A stretch of 64,000 nucleotides of DNA from Azolla caroliniana (lineage: Eukaryota > Plantae > Polypodiophyta), in the NCBI GenBank assembly GCA_043228905.1, contig JBHGNT010000005.1, positions 1,922,001-1,986,000 on the forward strand. The letters run 5' to 3'. Positions 26,651 through 40,299 of the stretch are shown here, piece after piece. The position numbers and the translations under genes are program-made. Below the pieces are notes generated by a model. The model had not been told where the DNA came from. It was given only the letters and a program-made list of their open reading frames with translations, and searched no databases. Positions within the stretch are counted from its first letter, which is position 1; each line of letters begins with the position of its first letter.

Positions 26651-27557
26651 GTACCAAGTAGTAAACTTTTTCTATTTGAAATTTCAAAATTTTGGGAGAA
26701 CTAAGGATTGTTTGCTTCCATTGCAGATATGTATATTTTGATGGGACAAAATTAGCTAGAGATATGGATGTTTTGATGTTTTCTTTCCACAATGGAATGA
26801 GGATGAGTTCTTATTAATGTTGCCTGATGCCGTTGTCATATATTGGTATGCTTAAGGTACATGGGGGTGAAGTGTTGGAATTATGCATATTAGATGGGAT
26901 GATAAACTTTAAAAAAGAAAAAAAGAAAAAAAGAAAAAAAAAATGTAGTGTGGCCTTCATTAATGCGCATATCTTCACCTGAAATTGAATCATTTCAGCA
27001 AAAGTTATCACCAAAAGATTAGGTAGCAAGAAAGTCATACCAACCCATGGTCCTTCCATGGTAGCACACACACACACAACACGTATCTTTGTGACCATGG
27101 TGCAATAAAAGGAGTAAGGTAACAAAAATCATAGTTGATCAATAGAATGACATATTTGTTTTCATGACATAATGACAACCCTTCTACTAAATCGACATGT
27201 GAACTTAAGATGAGAAGTGTTTTCTCTATGACCATCTCATGCAACATTTAATACTTTTTTTGTTACTCATGTGAAAGTGTTACGAGCATGACCATAATTT
27301 ATCCCGTGGTAGTTTGTATAGTAGTATTCTACACATGAGGACAAAAGTGTGAGGGTTAATTGAGAGCGTAAAGGAGGGAATATTAACTTTAATCCTAGGG
27401 ATTGAGACAACCCATAAGGGCCAAGTGTGAACTTGCGTGGGAGCAAAGAAAGGAATATGATGCTGTGTAAAATGAATCCTTTGAACTAGATTGGATAATT
27501 TCAAATTGCAATGGAGAAGGATGACCATTAATATTTATCAATGGAACCACCTTGGGA

Positions 27558-27595
<38 letters not shown>

Positions 27596-27940
27596 ATGGG
27601 AGCTAGCTTTTGAGAGGGGAACAATGAAGGCAACCTAGTGTTTCAGGTGGATAGCCCTTGTTCAATAGAGTTTTGGGGGAGAAAATAAGGGAGACAGATT
27701 CTCACAATCTAAAGGAATATCCAGGAATACTTGGAGCAAAGAAATGAAGAGGGAAACGTAGAAAACTTTGAGACTTTCAATCCATGATGAAATCATTTCC
27801 AATGTAGAAATGTACAAGTTTTGGTAAAGCCATCAACTATAGTGTATTGGATTTCGAAGAGAGTAAACCATTCAGTGTGCAACTGAGCTATTCAAATTTA
27901 TGGAGAGAAAAGACAAACTCTTCCACTACTAATGTTTTTT

Positions 27941-28127
27941 AATCCTTAGGGACATTAATCATGTTACTTCTTTTCTACTATACGTGTGCATTTTGTGTCT
28001 TGACATATCTTGTTTTTTATGACGTTTCAATATTGCATGGAACATATAGTAGAAAAGAAGTAACATGATTAATGTCCCTAAGGATTCCATGCAATATTGA
28101 AACGTCATAAAAAACAAGATATGTCAA
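27941..28127. repeat. Two interleaved perfect inverted repeats (A-B-A'-B')
   Basis: A 27941-27982 is the reverse complement of 28045-28086. B 28000-28042 is the reverse complement of 28085-28127. Confidence 0.92.
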
Positions 28128-30529
28128 AATTATGCTAATCAACATAAATGGTGTGTCCATACAACAATGTTGTTGAACCTCTCACAAAAATGGAACCTTT
28201 ACTCCCTATTTGTGTTGATTACTATGTTTACAATCAATACTTTCTTTTTCAGGACATACATGAACCTTGGTCAAGACATTTCAAAATCTTGTTATTATTT
28301 ACGTATTCAACAACAAGAAAACAAGTTACATGAAGGAAATAAATGCATGTTTTATAAATATAAGACTTTGAAAAATGCCGTTAAAGATAACAACAAATTT
28401 GCATTGAAGTTTTTAATGTTAGTTTCCTGTCAAATATGCAAATACTAGTACAAAACTCCTCTTAAAAACCCAATGTCAATTGTGCCAACATGTTTTAATT
28501 GTCGATATTATTCATGTGCAATGAATCGGGACAATGTTGGATGCTAAGTTGTAGGGGTGTGTACGTTTTCATAAAGTTTCCATCAATTATTTGTCCCTTT
28601 CTAAATTATAAAAGGAACATATATTTTTCGTCTAGGACATGTGTAGATGTAGAGGATGAAAGCAAAAATCTAATTTGGTCACAGTTTTCTTGTACCAATT
28701 TCACATTAGTTCATTCTAAATTCATAATAAGAATACAATACATATACTTTGTGGATTAGCTAGGCTTGTTTGATCATCAATCTTGGGTCTATCGTGCACC
28801 AAATTTCAGTCAAATCACATGATCTAATCTTGATGTCATCCATTTAAGCTTTTTTTAACCTAGGAAAATTCCTATTCATCGGTGAAGGTAAATTCAAAGT
28901 ACATAGGATTGCATATTAAGTGCCTAATGTCCCAAGTCTATGAGACTTTTAAGTTTCCAAGTTGATAATGCATTGCCCACCCATGAATAAATCTGCACAC
29001 AAGACAATTTCAAATCAACAATTTATGTGCCAAAGTACCCCCCTCACCGTTATTCCAAATGAATTGATCAATTGGGCCTCACCATTATTCCAACAAAAAC
29101 CTCAAATTATTTGAGCAAGCTAATTAAGGTTGATGTGCATGTGGGGCCATGCCAAGGCAAATGACTTTGTAGTTAAAATGTAGACCTAAAACATGGTCAT
29201 TTCTCAAGAAAAATTATTTCAATTATTTGTAGATATATCTGGAGAAGATAATGTGATGAAAAGATCTAATGCCATGTCGACATAGTTAAACATTTCAAAG
29301 TTTCGAAGACAAAATCAATTTGTAGATGTCTACATTTGTAAATGGATGTTTTTTGGAGGTCATATTCAAGCGCAAGTACACAAGGATTACACCAATGCAA
29401 TAGAGACATGTGTCCACCTGTGTGCACATATGTTAAAAACGAATGATTCATATGTTGTCGTCCTCTTTAATAAGACTTTTCGATGCTCTATATGATATGT
29501 TGGAAAATATTACATATGCATGGTTCGTACATATTTGTATTGAGTCGTAATAACGAACTTGCACGATAATGTCAAAAAGTACTTCATTATATGGGCCTCT
29601 TCCAACATCATATCGTCGAGGACTACACCTTTGTAGAATTCATACTTAAGCTTTTACAAATCTTGTGAAGTATGCCCTATCACCCTATCTTCGAGATTCC
29701 CTTATGTAGTTCAAGTGGTCATAGAAGCACTTCTACGAGGCATAAAAAAAGTATATTCTTCGGAGAATATTGGGTTGTCTAAGTAATTGTATAGAGTAAC
29801 TCGTTTGTAATATGGGTCACATTCTTACTAGGCCTTTTCACAACCAACTATTTATTTCATTGGTAGGTGGTACGTACACGAAGGCCATCTTATATAATGC
29901 ACCCACAGAATATGCGGGTGTGTTTTCATTTCACTTGTAAGACTCGTGGTATGTGCAAGTAAATAATCGGGAATGGTTCTTGGCATGCACCTTTTGGTTT
30001 TTGGGGAGTGTGAATACTTTGAGCTATGCCATTTGGCTCTACACTATAGTTATAAACTCTACTTTCTTATATCTCTTCTCTTTCCTCTCTCTACTTTGAT
30101 TTACCGTCTCTTCACTCTCCGAAGTTTTTCTCTTTATGTCTTCCTTTTTTTAATTGTTGTCTTGTTGCTAAAAATACCAAGGAAGTTCAAGCATTCACAA
30201 CCTAGGGAAAACCCTCCACACACACAAATCACAAGGGGGACTACCTTCCCTATATTATTTAGATAGAGAGTCTGTCATATATGAGACATTGCAACAAAGT
30301 GTTGATACAACATACATAATGTTAGAAACATCCCAAACAACCTACACTACAATTGAGCCGATAGCATTATTGGTAGATGTTCCCAATCATCGCCTCATGT
30401 CCAAGATTACCATCTTAATTGGCAATGTAGTATAACAAGTTTTATATATTTACCTCTCTATACTAGGTTTTGTTGTACTTATCTCTATACCTCTTTGCTT
30501 CTTTTCAAGTAGGTTCTCATTTCTTGAAC

Positions 30530-30571
<42 letters not shown>

Positions 30572-31662
30572 TTCATGCATCTTGGATTGACCTTGTCCTC
30601 TCTTTCTTGCATACTCTCTCTGAGTCTCCCTTTTCTATTTTCTATTTAACTCCCTTTTCAATGGTGTCTTTTTCTTCATTACTTAATTTGTTATTCAAAA
30701 TCATGCCACTACACAATGCTTAATGGTTAAGGGCTGCAACACTCTCCTAAGTGGTTTGAGGTCAAAAAGTTGTAACCACTTAAGCATACATAGACACAAA
30801 CACACACACTACCTTGATATGTAAGGGGGGCAAATGTATTACACACTGTCATTGCCAAGCTTATGGGTTCATCGAGATTGTAAAAGGGGCAATGACATTA
30901 ACCACGAAGTTATTGTGTGATAGTGTTATTTCGATCAACACATAAAGGTGGATCGAGCTCGTGAAAGTGGCAATGCCTTTCACCACGAATGTATTGTCTG
31001 ATATATTCCGCAATATCATGTAATAAGAGCTAAATTATATGGGATGGAAGGAAAATAAAAAAGGTGGAGAGAGTAGAGACAATTTAAAGAAGAAAGAGGA
31101 GATATTACAACCACCAAAGTTAGAGGTAAATGCAAGTAAAAAAGGAGAGGAGAGGAAAGAGCCACATCATCGTGAGAATAGAGACTGTGGAGGCTAGAGA
31201 CAAATGACAATGGAGAGATGATAAGAGTAGAGTACAAACAAAGGCCGTAGTAACATAAAGAGGGTATAGAGTAGATAAAGAACTAGTTTGACGAGCGACA
31301 TTACAAAGTAAAGTGGAGCAGAAAAGGAATGTGCAACAAATTTTTTGATGCTCCCAAGTCATTTAATAAATAACTTGCAACATTGCACTATGCTTCTAGA
31401 ACTACAATATTATAATTGACTTGTGTTGTTTAAATGTGTCTCATGACTTAACGTCATGTGGATGTCTCGCTAATGGTTTGGTTTGTACATTTAACAAGTA
31501 TATAGCTATTTAGAGGTACCATACAAATCCTGCCTTGTAACCGCTTACAATTTTGTCCTTGTAACCGAGCTAGAGTTGCTACTTTCAATTTAGTAATCAC
31601 ATACCACTCTAAAAGTGACCAAAAATTATGTGAAGGGGGTGTCAATAGATGTTTGCTATTCA

Positions 31663-31950
31663 AAGACCAATAGATGTTATTGACCCTTCAACTTCAAGGT
31701 TATTTGCAAATTCCAAAGCACTAACGACCCTTTCTATTCGTGATCATCCCAAAGGTTCAGAGATCTTGCCATTGAAATGAGGAAGGCCTATACAACTCAA
31801 TAAGGACCAATAGATGTTATTGACCTTTCAACTTCAAGGTCATTTGCAAATTCCAAAGCACTAATGACCCTTTCTATTTGTGATCATTCGAAAGGTCAAG
31901 AGATCTAACAATTGAAATGTGGAAGGTCGATACAACTCAAGTAAGGACCA
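31663..31950. repeat. About 140-bp tandem duplication
   Basis: GACCAATAGATGTTATTGACC...TACAACTCAA occurs twice with several substitutions. Confidence 0.85.
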
Positions 31951-33041
31951 TTGGAACTCCATTCTAACTATGCACTATCCCTAAATGTTATTTTAACTAT
32001 GAAAGCGATTTATACTACGAACATGTTGCACAATATTCCTTTTCGATACTGCTTGTTCAAGTAGAATATATCTATTCTTGTTATAACTTGAGATCCTATC
32101 TCAATTTTAAAGCATATTGTTTCAAGTCACATGTATAATCCTTTAACTAGTGATGCATGGTGTGCACATTCAACGAACATATTAAAGCTTCTATTTTGCG
32201 GTAAATACCAAAGTTCCAAAAATGTACATCTTTGCCCGTCAAATATTCGACAATTTGATTAAGTTACTAATGGCCCAGTAATATTTCAAGATACATTTAC
32301 TGCATCGAGGAAATTAGATAATAACGGGTGCATTATTATTGACACTTCATGGAGACCATAAGCCGAATTGAAGCGTGGACATAAAATGAACCAATGTTCT
32401 TATGGGTCACAATATGGAAAGAAAAGGATACCATGGTATCAATATTTTGATAAAGCATTTAATCGTCCTTGTCATGCGATGTCTGTCCTTTCACAACCAA
32501 AGGGCCCACAAGGTAGGTACACATACGTGGATCGAGTGCCCACCACATGGTAGGAAGCGTTTGTCCAACATGGGAAAGGTCCAATTAATTTTGATGTGTG
32601 AGGGGGGGAACAGAGACAGAACGAAAACAAAAGACAAGAAATATGTAAGAATAGGTGCACGATGATGATGATGATGATGGGCGGGGTCCATTGGACAAGT
32701 CTGATGGGGAAATGGGGGGGTTGGGGACACGAGGGACGAGGTGTGTGAAAGGGCCCACTGGACACAACATTGGCCTCAATTCTCACTCTTAACAATGTAA
32801 ATGACACCCCACAAATGCAAAACAAACACTTCACTTCAATTCATTATTACCTTTTGAATTGTACAAGGTGGGTTCCTCTCTTAGCTCTCTCTCTCTCTCT
32901 CTCGCTCTCTTGATTTATTGTCATTTTTAGGGTTTAGGGTTTCGGGTTTTCTTCTTCTTCTCTAAAAGACCATTAATGAAGGCATTGTCGTCGAATTCTT
33001 TCTTTCGGTTGTCGGTGTGAAACGGATCCATTTTGTTGATA

Positions 33042-36000
33042 CTAAGGTGCCTTTTTCCCATTGGAGGAGATGATGGGCACTGTTTTGATGCCTTTCTTCT
33101 GTAGCTCCACCATCACACTTTCCATTGATGGGGACTTCAACCCTAGGGGTAATGGCGTGAATGGATTCTTCAACACCTCTCTGATGGCAGCATCCACTCT
33201 CTCCTTGGGCTGTTTCAATGCAGCACATAAAAAGATGATGAGCACTTATCTCTACTTTAAAATAAACAAACAAACAATCAATATAACTTGAACTCCTTTT
33301 CATAAAGACTGTGTAGATCATTACCGGGTGCAGACCCGGCGATTTGTCGACAGGGATCATTCTATTCGCTACTCCTGGCATCGGTACAAGCGGTACTCTC
33401 TGTGTTCACAAATAATGCTTGTCCAATTTTAGAAATCCCCATTGTGGTTCAAAATGAAAAAAAAATCACCATAGAAATTCCCAATCATAATAATGCTTGG
33501 ATAACAACCACCACCATGGGAGAATGTTATTCGAAGAAGAAAGAAATTCTTGTGACATACCAACATGGGTCGAGGATAGAGCGGTGCTCCAGGTGCAGGA
33601 TGACCCCATGCATCGACACCAACCTAGACACATATAATCAAAAAGGGCAACCGAAATTCAAAACTATAGCCTTTGACATTATTATTGTATAGCTTGGCAT
33701 GTATCACGAGCTAAGACACAACAAGTGTGTACCGGTCGAGGAGGATGCCAATAGGTACCGTCGGGAGCTTGCCAAGGCTTTGGCCAAAAATGTTCGGGAG
33801 ATGGATGACCCCACACATGTAGACCCATTGGCATTATCGGTGTCGGTCGAGGAACCACATGCGTTTGTGTCTGTGGTGCTGGCAATTTCCGAGGAGCCGA
33901 CTCCACCCGTTGTATATGCTTTTTATGTGACCGGTATTTCTAGAGTAAAGCAAAACACAAATAAGACGTGTTGTCTTTAGATCAAAAGTCCAACTCATAA
34001 CACAACTTTTAAAATTTTAATGTCTCTGCCAATTTGAGCAGGTGAAGCACAACAAATAACTCTTTTTTCGTTGCATGTAATGATGATCCATAGCAATTTA
34101 TCTCCAAGGACAACATATGACTCTCATTTTTCTTGCAAGTCAAGGCAATGCAATGCAATGCTGATCCATGCAAGCATTCCCAAGAGTCTATGGAGATAGG
34201 TCTCTCCATGCAAGCATTTCCAAGAGTTTATGGAGATAGGTCTCTCCATGCAAGCATTTCCAAGAGTTTATGGCTCACACGAGTGACAAATAATTCCTTT
34301 CGCAAACATTACAACATCAATGCATTCATCTCTAGGTAAAGCATGTTCTAAGACTTTTTTGTAAATCATTCACGATTTGCCTTCTCGAATATAGTGCTAG
34401 AGATAGGCTTGAGCTACAAACTGTAAATACCTTGAGATGTTATGTAGATGTGTGAGATGTAACCCACTAACCTGTAGATGGCTTGCAATGTTATGTCGCG
34501 TCAAGTGTCGAACCCCCATCATTTCCAATATCTTTGAAGGAATTGCCTTATCCACTCCGAGTTGCTCTGCTGCTCGAACAAACCGACGATGCAATTCGGG
34601 TGTCCAATCGACCTGCTATTACATTAGCAACCATTCTTAGTACCATTTACAAATAGTTCCCATTTACTGATTACCTTCTTGAATTTGGAATATACTTATT
34701 TATACCTTCATCTTCTTCTTCGATCCACCGCTTTTATTCCTGTTCCCAGAAGTAAGTTCTGAATCATTCGATGTGGATACAAATTGCTTCATATAGGACT
34801 CATCCCCACGGACATTGCTATCTTTGTGGGTAGACTTGAAATCACATGCAAAGCTAGTACTACTACTACTACTACTACTCATACCCGCCTCGGCCTTGGC
34901 AACCTCGGCTAAAAGAAGAGCCTCTTCATCATTTTGCTCAGCTTCATCATCAATGTTTGCCGAGCTTAGCTCCATGTCTTTGCAGCCCGATATGTTGTCC
35001 ATAATACTAGAATGCATATCTATACACAAGAGTTCATCGACAAGTTCGTTAGCTAGAGTATCTTGGAAATCGAGCCCTTGATATTGCATATCATCGACCA
35101 CATCCTCACATAATGCTGCCTCTAGGCTCTCAAGATCATTGAAATCATATCGATCACAATGACTCTCTTCAAAGAGACAGGCTCCATCCATCTCATCGGC
35201 ATCATTTCTGACATGTGAAAAGCTACAATTATCATCAGTGCTCAGGTCATCTTCGACCTCAGATTTGGTACAAGTACAGTCGTCAGAATGGTGTGATCCA
35301 TCGAGAGAAATGTCCGCCCTCATAGCTTGTATGAGCTGAGGGGTTGAAGGTGCCGAATCGAAATCAGGACTGGGTTCAATGGATCTCTTTTGTGTGTCAC
35401 TCTCTTCCTCTATTATTTCCTCTTTCAAGAAGAAGCCAGTTTCACATGGTTTTTGGCATGATTGCATTTCATTAGTGATTTCTGGTTGTTGTGCTACGAT
35501 GACTTTACCACTCTCATTCGGACTGTTGTGCTCACTAAGAGAACAGAATTGTTGTGGCACAATTAACTCTCCTGTGATTAGTGCCTGATTCAAAAAGATT
35601 AAGAAGTGCTAAAATTTTAAGTTATTAAATCCTAGATCAGAAAAACTAAAAAGTGATAGTGATTAAGCCATAAACCAAAACACCAGTACAAAGGGGTAGA
35701 CCAAATAAGTATTATTTAGAGGGATATAATATAAAATTACCTTCCGAAACACATGTTGCCATATATTCTTCAACTTATTTGCAGTGAGAGGCTTCTCAAT
35801 GAACTCTGAAGCTCCAGCCTATAAGCATGGCGTGGATCTATTAGCTTAGGAAACAATCACAACTGCGATCCTTCTTAAGGATCATTAAGTAAACTTCCGT
35901 GTTGATGTACATACCTCAATGCCCTTCACCATCATGTCCACATTCTCTGTGCTAGAAAACACTGCAAGCATATGTAAAACAGACCTCTATTTAGTGAGCA

Positions 36001-37250
36001 ATTTTCTTTCCTCAGTTCCAATGCAGTTACATTTTTAACTTAAATGTCGATCGCAAGTTACAACAATGTTGAAAATTAAATTGTGAGCAAATTGATGTAC
36101 TAACAAATTGTGGGCAAATGTTTGGCGACAGCTGCAGCCACAATGGAAAAAGAATCAGATGCATTGATGGGGTTTATCTGTAAGAGAACAAAGAAAAAAA
36201 GGACCTTGTTATAGATGAATGATTATTGAAGGAAGATTAAAGGATTCATATGACTGAAAACAAGAAGAGATACATGGATGGAGACAACACCCAGTTTTCA
36301 TTAGCTAAAATTAAGGTGTTAACATGAGAAAGGCAAGAAGAGATTAAGAGGAGAAGGTCACGCTTAAAATAGAAATGATTTAAAGGAAAATATTGCTAAA
36401 ACTAAAAAGACAATTAAGGGGAGAAAGAAGAACAGGTTGAGGTAGGTTAAGTAAAAGATTCATTTCATACAAATATAGTAGGAATAGTAAGATGGTTGAA
36501 GGAAGGGCTTGGGGAGGGGAAGGGGAAGGGGGTGATCCGCTTTTACCTCTACAATGGCAAGATGGAAAGCAGTGGCGGCAGGGTGATGGTGCAAAGCTGA
36601 GAGAGCTTCTTCCCTTTTAGAGACAGCTGTGACTGTTTACCCCAAAAAACTCAAACCAAGAATTAGGGCTTTGAAATGATAAGTAAATTTTCACAAGATA
36701 ATCCTTACTTAGCAACCACAAAAAAGCAAGAAAAGGAATCCCCTTAAATCCAGAAACAAACAGTACAATCTGAACTGGGTTTAGGGTTTAATCCGAGGCA
36801 ATTTGATTAAACCATCAAATGGAGAGCATTGGAATCAAGAGAAACCCCTGAAAGAATCATCGAAAATGAGCAATCTGAACTAAGGTCAGGGGTTAAATAT
36901 TAGGCTTAAACCTAGGGTTAATGTTAGGATCAGTGAGACGCATTGTGATTGGAGCATCAAAAAATGGAGGTTCAGAGAAAGAAGTAAACATCAAAAGATG
37001 AGATAGGGTGAGGGTAGATTTAGAATTCGAAATAAGGATTTAAATTAGCAAAATTTAGAGTAAAAGAAAAAGGTTTAGGGTTTTTACCAGAGTAATTGCA
37101 GGATTCCAACTGGAGCTTTGCATCGGCGAGGGAGATGTGATCTTCATCGAGCAGGAGAGCATGGAGGCCGACAGGGAAATTCTTCCACGACGGGAATTTC
37201 TGCTCAAATGAAGAGGGAATGTCACAAGAGTCCATGCAGCTCATCGCCAT
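33042..37250 (-). CDS. APRR2: APRR2-like pseudo-response regulator (pseudo-receiver, GARP/Myb and GLK C-terminal GCT box)
   Basis: Inferred exons: 37250-37088, 36632-36547, 36177-36105, 35961-35915, 35818-35741, 35584-34706, 34612-34472, 33939-33733, 33623-33561, 33399-33325, 33209-33042. Motifs: [21 protein letters not shown] (phospho-Asp replaced by Glu), EFIEKPL...[18 protein letters not shown]...[14 protein letters not shown], and GCT box [27 protein letters not shown]. Confidence 0.92.
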
Positions 37251-37309
37251 AGCCACACAGAGGGAAGGCGCGGGGGAGTGTTCCTTGAGTGAAAACAGAG
37301 TAAATTACA

Positions 37310-37447
37310 GAGAGAGAGAGAGAGAGAGGAAAAGCAAGGAGGAGGAGGAGGAGGAGGAGAGATCTGTACCGAGTAGAACAGAGTAATTTACAGACGGAGA
37401 GAGAGAGAGCGCTGCTCTCTGTCACTAGAAGAAGAGAGCAGAGTAAT

Positions 37448-37482
<35 letters not shown>

Positions 37483-37666
37483 TGATGAGTGAGAGAGGAG
37501 GAGAAGAAGAAGAAGAAGAAGGAAAGAGGGCTCTGTCACTGCTGCTAGGAGGAGGAGGAGAACAAGACAAGAGCACTCTCACTTTAGGGGAAGAGAGAGA
37601 GAGAGAGAGAGAGAGAGAATTAGTTGAAGAAATGCGAATCAAAACGAATGAAATAAGAGAGAGAGA

Positions 37667-37733
<67 letters not shown>

Positions 37734-37900
37734 TGAGAGAGAGAGTGTGTGTGTGTTGTGTATGTGAGAGAGAGTGTGTGTGTGTATGTGAGAGAGAGAG
37801 AGAGTGTGTGTGTGTGTGTGTGAGAGAGAGAGAAAGAGAGAGAGAGAGTGTGTGTGAGAGAGAGTGTGTGTGTATGTGTGTGTATATGAGAGAGAGAGAC

Positions 37901-37931
<31 letters not shown>

Positions 37932-37932
37932 C

Positions 37933-37964
<32 letters not shown>

Positions 37965-37993
37965 TCTGTGTTTGTGTGTATGAGAGAAAGAGA

Positions 37994-38029
<36 letters not shown>

Positions 38030-38075
38030 AAGAGAGAGTCTGTGTGTGTGTCAGTGTGTGTATGAGAGAGAGAGA

Positions 38076-38111
<36 letters not shown>

Positions 38112-38147
38112 AAGAGAGAGTCAGTGTGTGTATGAGAGAGAGAGAGT

Positions 38148-38185
<38 letters not shown>

Positions 38186-38216
38186 AAGAGAGAGTCTGTG
38201 TGTGTATGAGAGAGAG

Positions 38217-38259
<43 letters not shown>

Positions 38260-38293
38260 AAGAGAGAGTCTGTGTGTGTATGAGAGAGAGAGA

Positions 38294-38332
<39 letters not shown>

Positions 38333-38526
38333 TTAATTGGAAGAAATGCGAATCAAACGAGTGAAATGAGAGAGAGAGAGAGAGACGCGGCGAAAGCGAA
38401 GTGTGTTTTTTTGCTGATATATGTATGTTATATGTATGTATTATGTATAGGCAGGTTAGAGTAGAGGCTTCTTCTTCTTATTCTTCTTCGTATATACATA
38501 TACATATAATGTACATAAAGAGAGAG

Positions 38527-38579
<53 letters not shown>

Positions 38580-38580
38580 C
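37310..38580. repeat. Compound (GA)n/(GT)n microsatellite array covering the APRR2 5' region
   Basis: Continuous alternating (GT)n and (GA)n blocks, plus (GGA)n and (GAA)n. Confidence 0.95.
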
Positions 38581-40299
38581 TCTGTTGTATGTTTTATGTT
38601 TTTGGCAAATTCCAATTTCTACCCTCTCTGAACGTGTGGCTTACACTTCTCTCGAACACTGTGTCGGTGGGGTTTCTCATAGCTATATAAATATATATAT
38701 ATAGATGCAAATGGAAGCTGTGTCACTCTATTTGCGGCTTGGTCCTCATTGTGGCTTGGTTGCTGGTTGTACTTCTACACCTTCGTAGCCCCATATACAT
38801 ACACCTCTCTCACTCTCCCATAAATGCTCCAACCTCCCCATTGTAAAGTTGTTATGCTATTGAGGGTAGCCATCTCGTGCCAAAGCACAAAAGAGGCTTG
38901 CAAAATAAGGGGTGGGGTCAGCCGTGGCACTAAACGGTATGTCACGTGAAAAGGATTCAGTAGAGCAATAGGCATTTGAACATGTAATCAATGTTTTATG
39001 AGCAATATGTATAGAAAGATGTGTGGATTTTACGATTGGAGGTCAGATATGATTTATGGGACCATAGATGCACATTTTCTTCACATGTCGTTCGGGTTGG
39101 ATAAGTGACTCCCAAAGTTCACAAATGCTACTCGTGAGGGGTTGCACAATGCCGATTCAAGTAGAATGTGGCTATGAGAGAAAAGTGTGTAAGACTTGGT
39201 CATACTTGAAAAGTACGAGTGATGGTAACTATGGTTGAAGTTCAGTCTTCCGAGGTTAAACTGAGGAATCATGTACATAATGAATGGTTGGAAAAAGCCA
39301 GTGGTGTTGACATGGTACTAAAGCGCTCATTGAAAAATATTAAGGAGAGTTAGTTGAGGTTGACGCTTCTCAGGCCAAAATGCAAAATTCAAATCTCAAT
39401 CATGGAAGGAAGCTTGGATGTTGACAAGGTACTTAGTTATTTATCACAAAGCAAGCATATTGGTGACCTAGTAACCAAGTCTAAGTAAGGCAAGGTTTCC
39501 AACCTTTATTTGTAGGTATTTGAGAATGGAAGGAAGGGGTGTGGTACCAACATGGTGTTGAATTCATCGTACGATGTAACAGAGGCACCCTATGAGTAAA
39601 TTGGAATATCAAAATCACTTCTACATAGTAGCAAACATGTACCATCTCGGCTTTGAGCTTGTGCCCGACCATTTAATTGTATGATTCGATAAATGACATG
39701 TCACATGATTTTGTCATTCTTTAGAGCCACAAGGTAAAATTTCCGAATGTGCTTAAATACCAATTCATTAATTGATATGAAAATACTATGTTTGGTCACA
39801 AGTAAGCATTACTTCTCTTTTTCATACTCGGCGAGAGGGTCAATTTAGACCAAGTAAAACCCCAACTTGCATCTCCTCGAAATAAAAATACATTACACCC
39901 GATTTCTTAATTGAGACCCGATGTATGTATATTTTCCTAAGGATGAATTCCATGTTTCCATAGGTGAGACAAATCATGCAAGCTTGGCATTGCTCACTCC
40001 TTATAGGTTGCCTAGGCTTAATATAACTAGCTTGTCATTTGGGGTAGGGAGATGTACACTTCCACAAACCTATATAGAGATGTATATGTTTTTATAATTT
40101 ATCTTGCTAACCTTGATAGGGTGAGTGAGGTTGTTCCTTGGTGACCCCATATCCATAGGGACATCTATGTCCAATACAAATGTTTGTGACACTAAGTGTT
40201 CCAAGGAAAACGTACGGAAAATGAGGATTCATATGTTGATACTTCATGGTCTCTACCCTCTACCATACCTAGCTAGTTCAATAGCATATAATTAACAAC

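Noticed and set aside
37222-38631. ORFs rich in CV/ER/LS dipeptides
   Set aside because: They are translations of (GT)n/(GA)n microsatellites.
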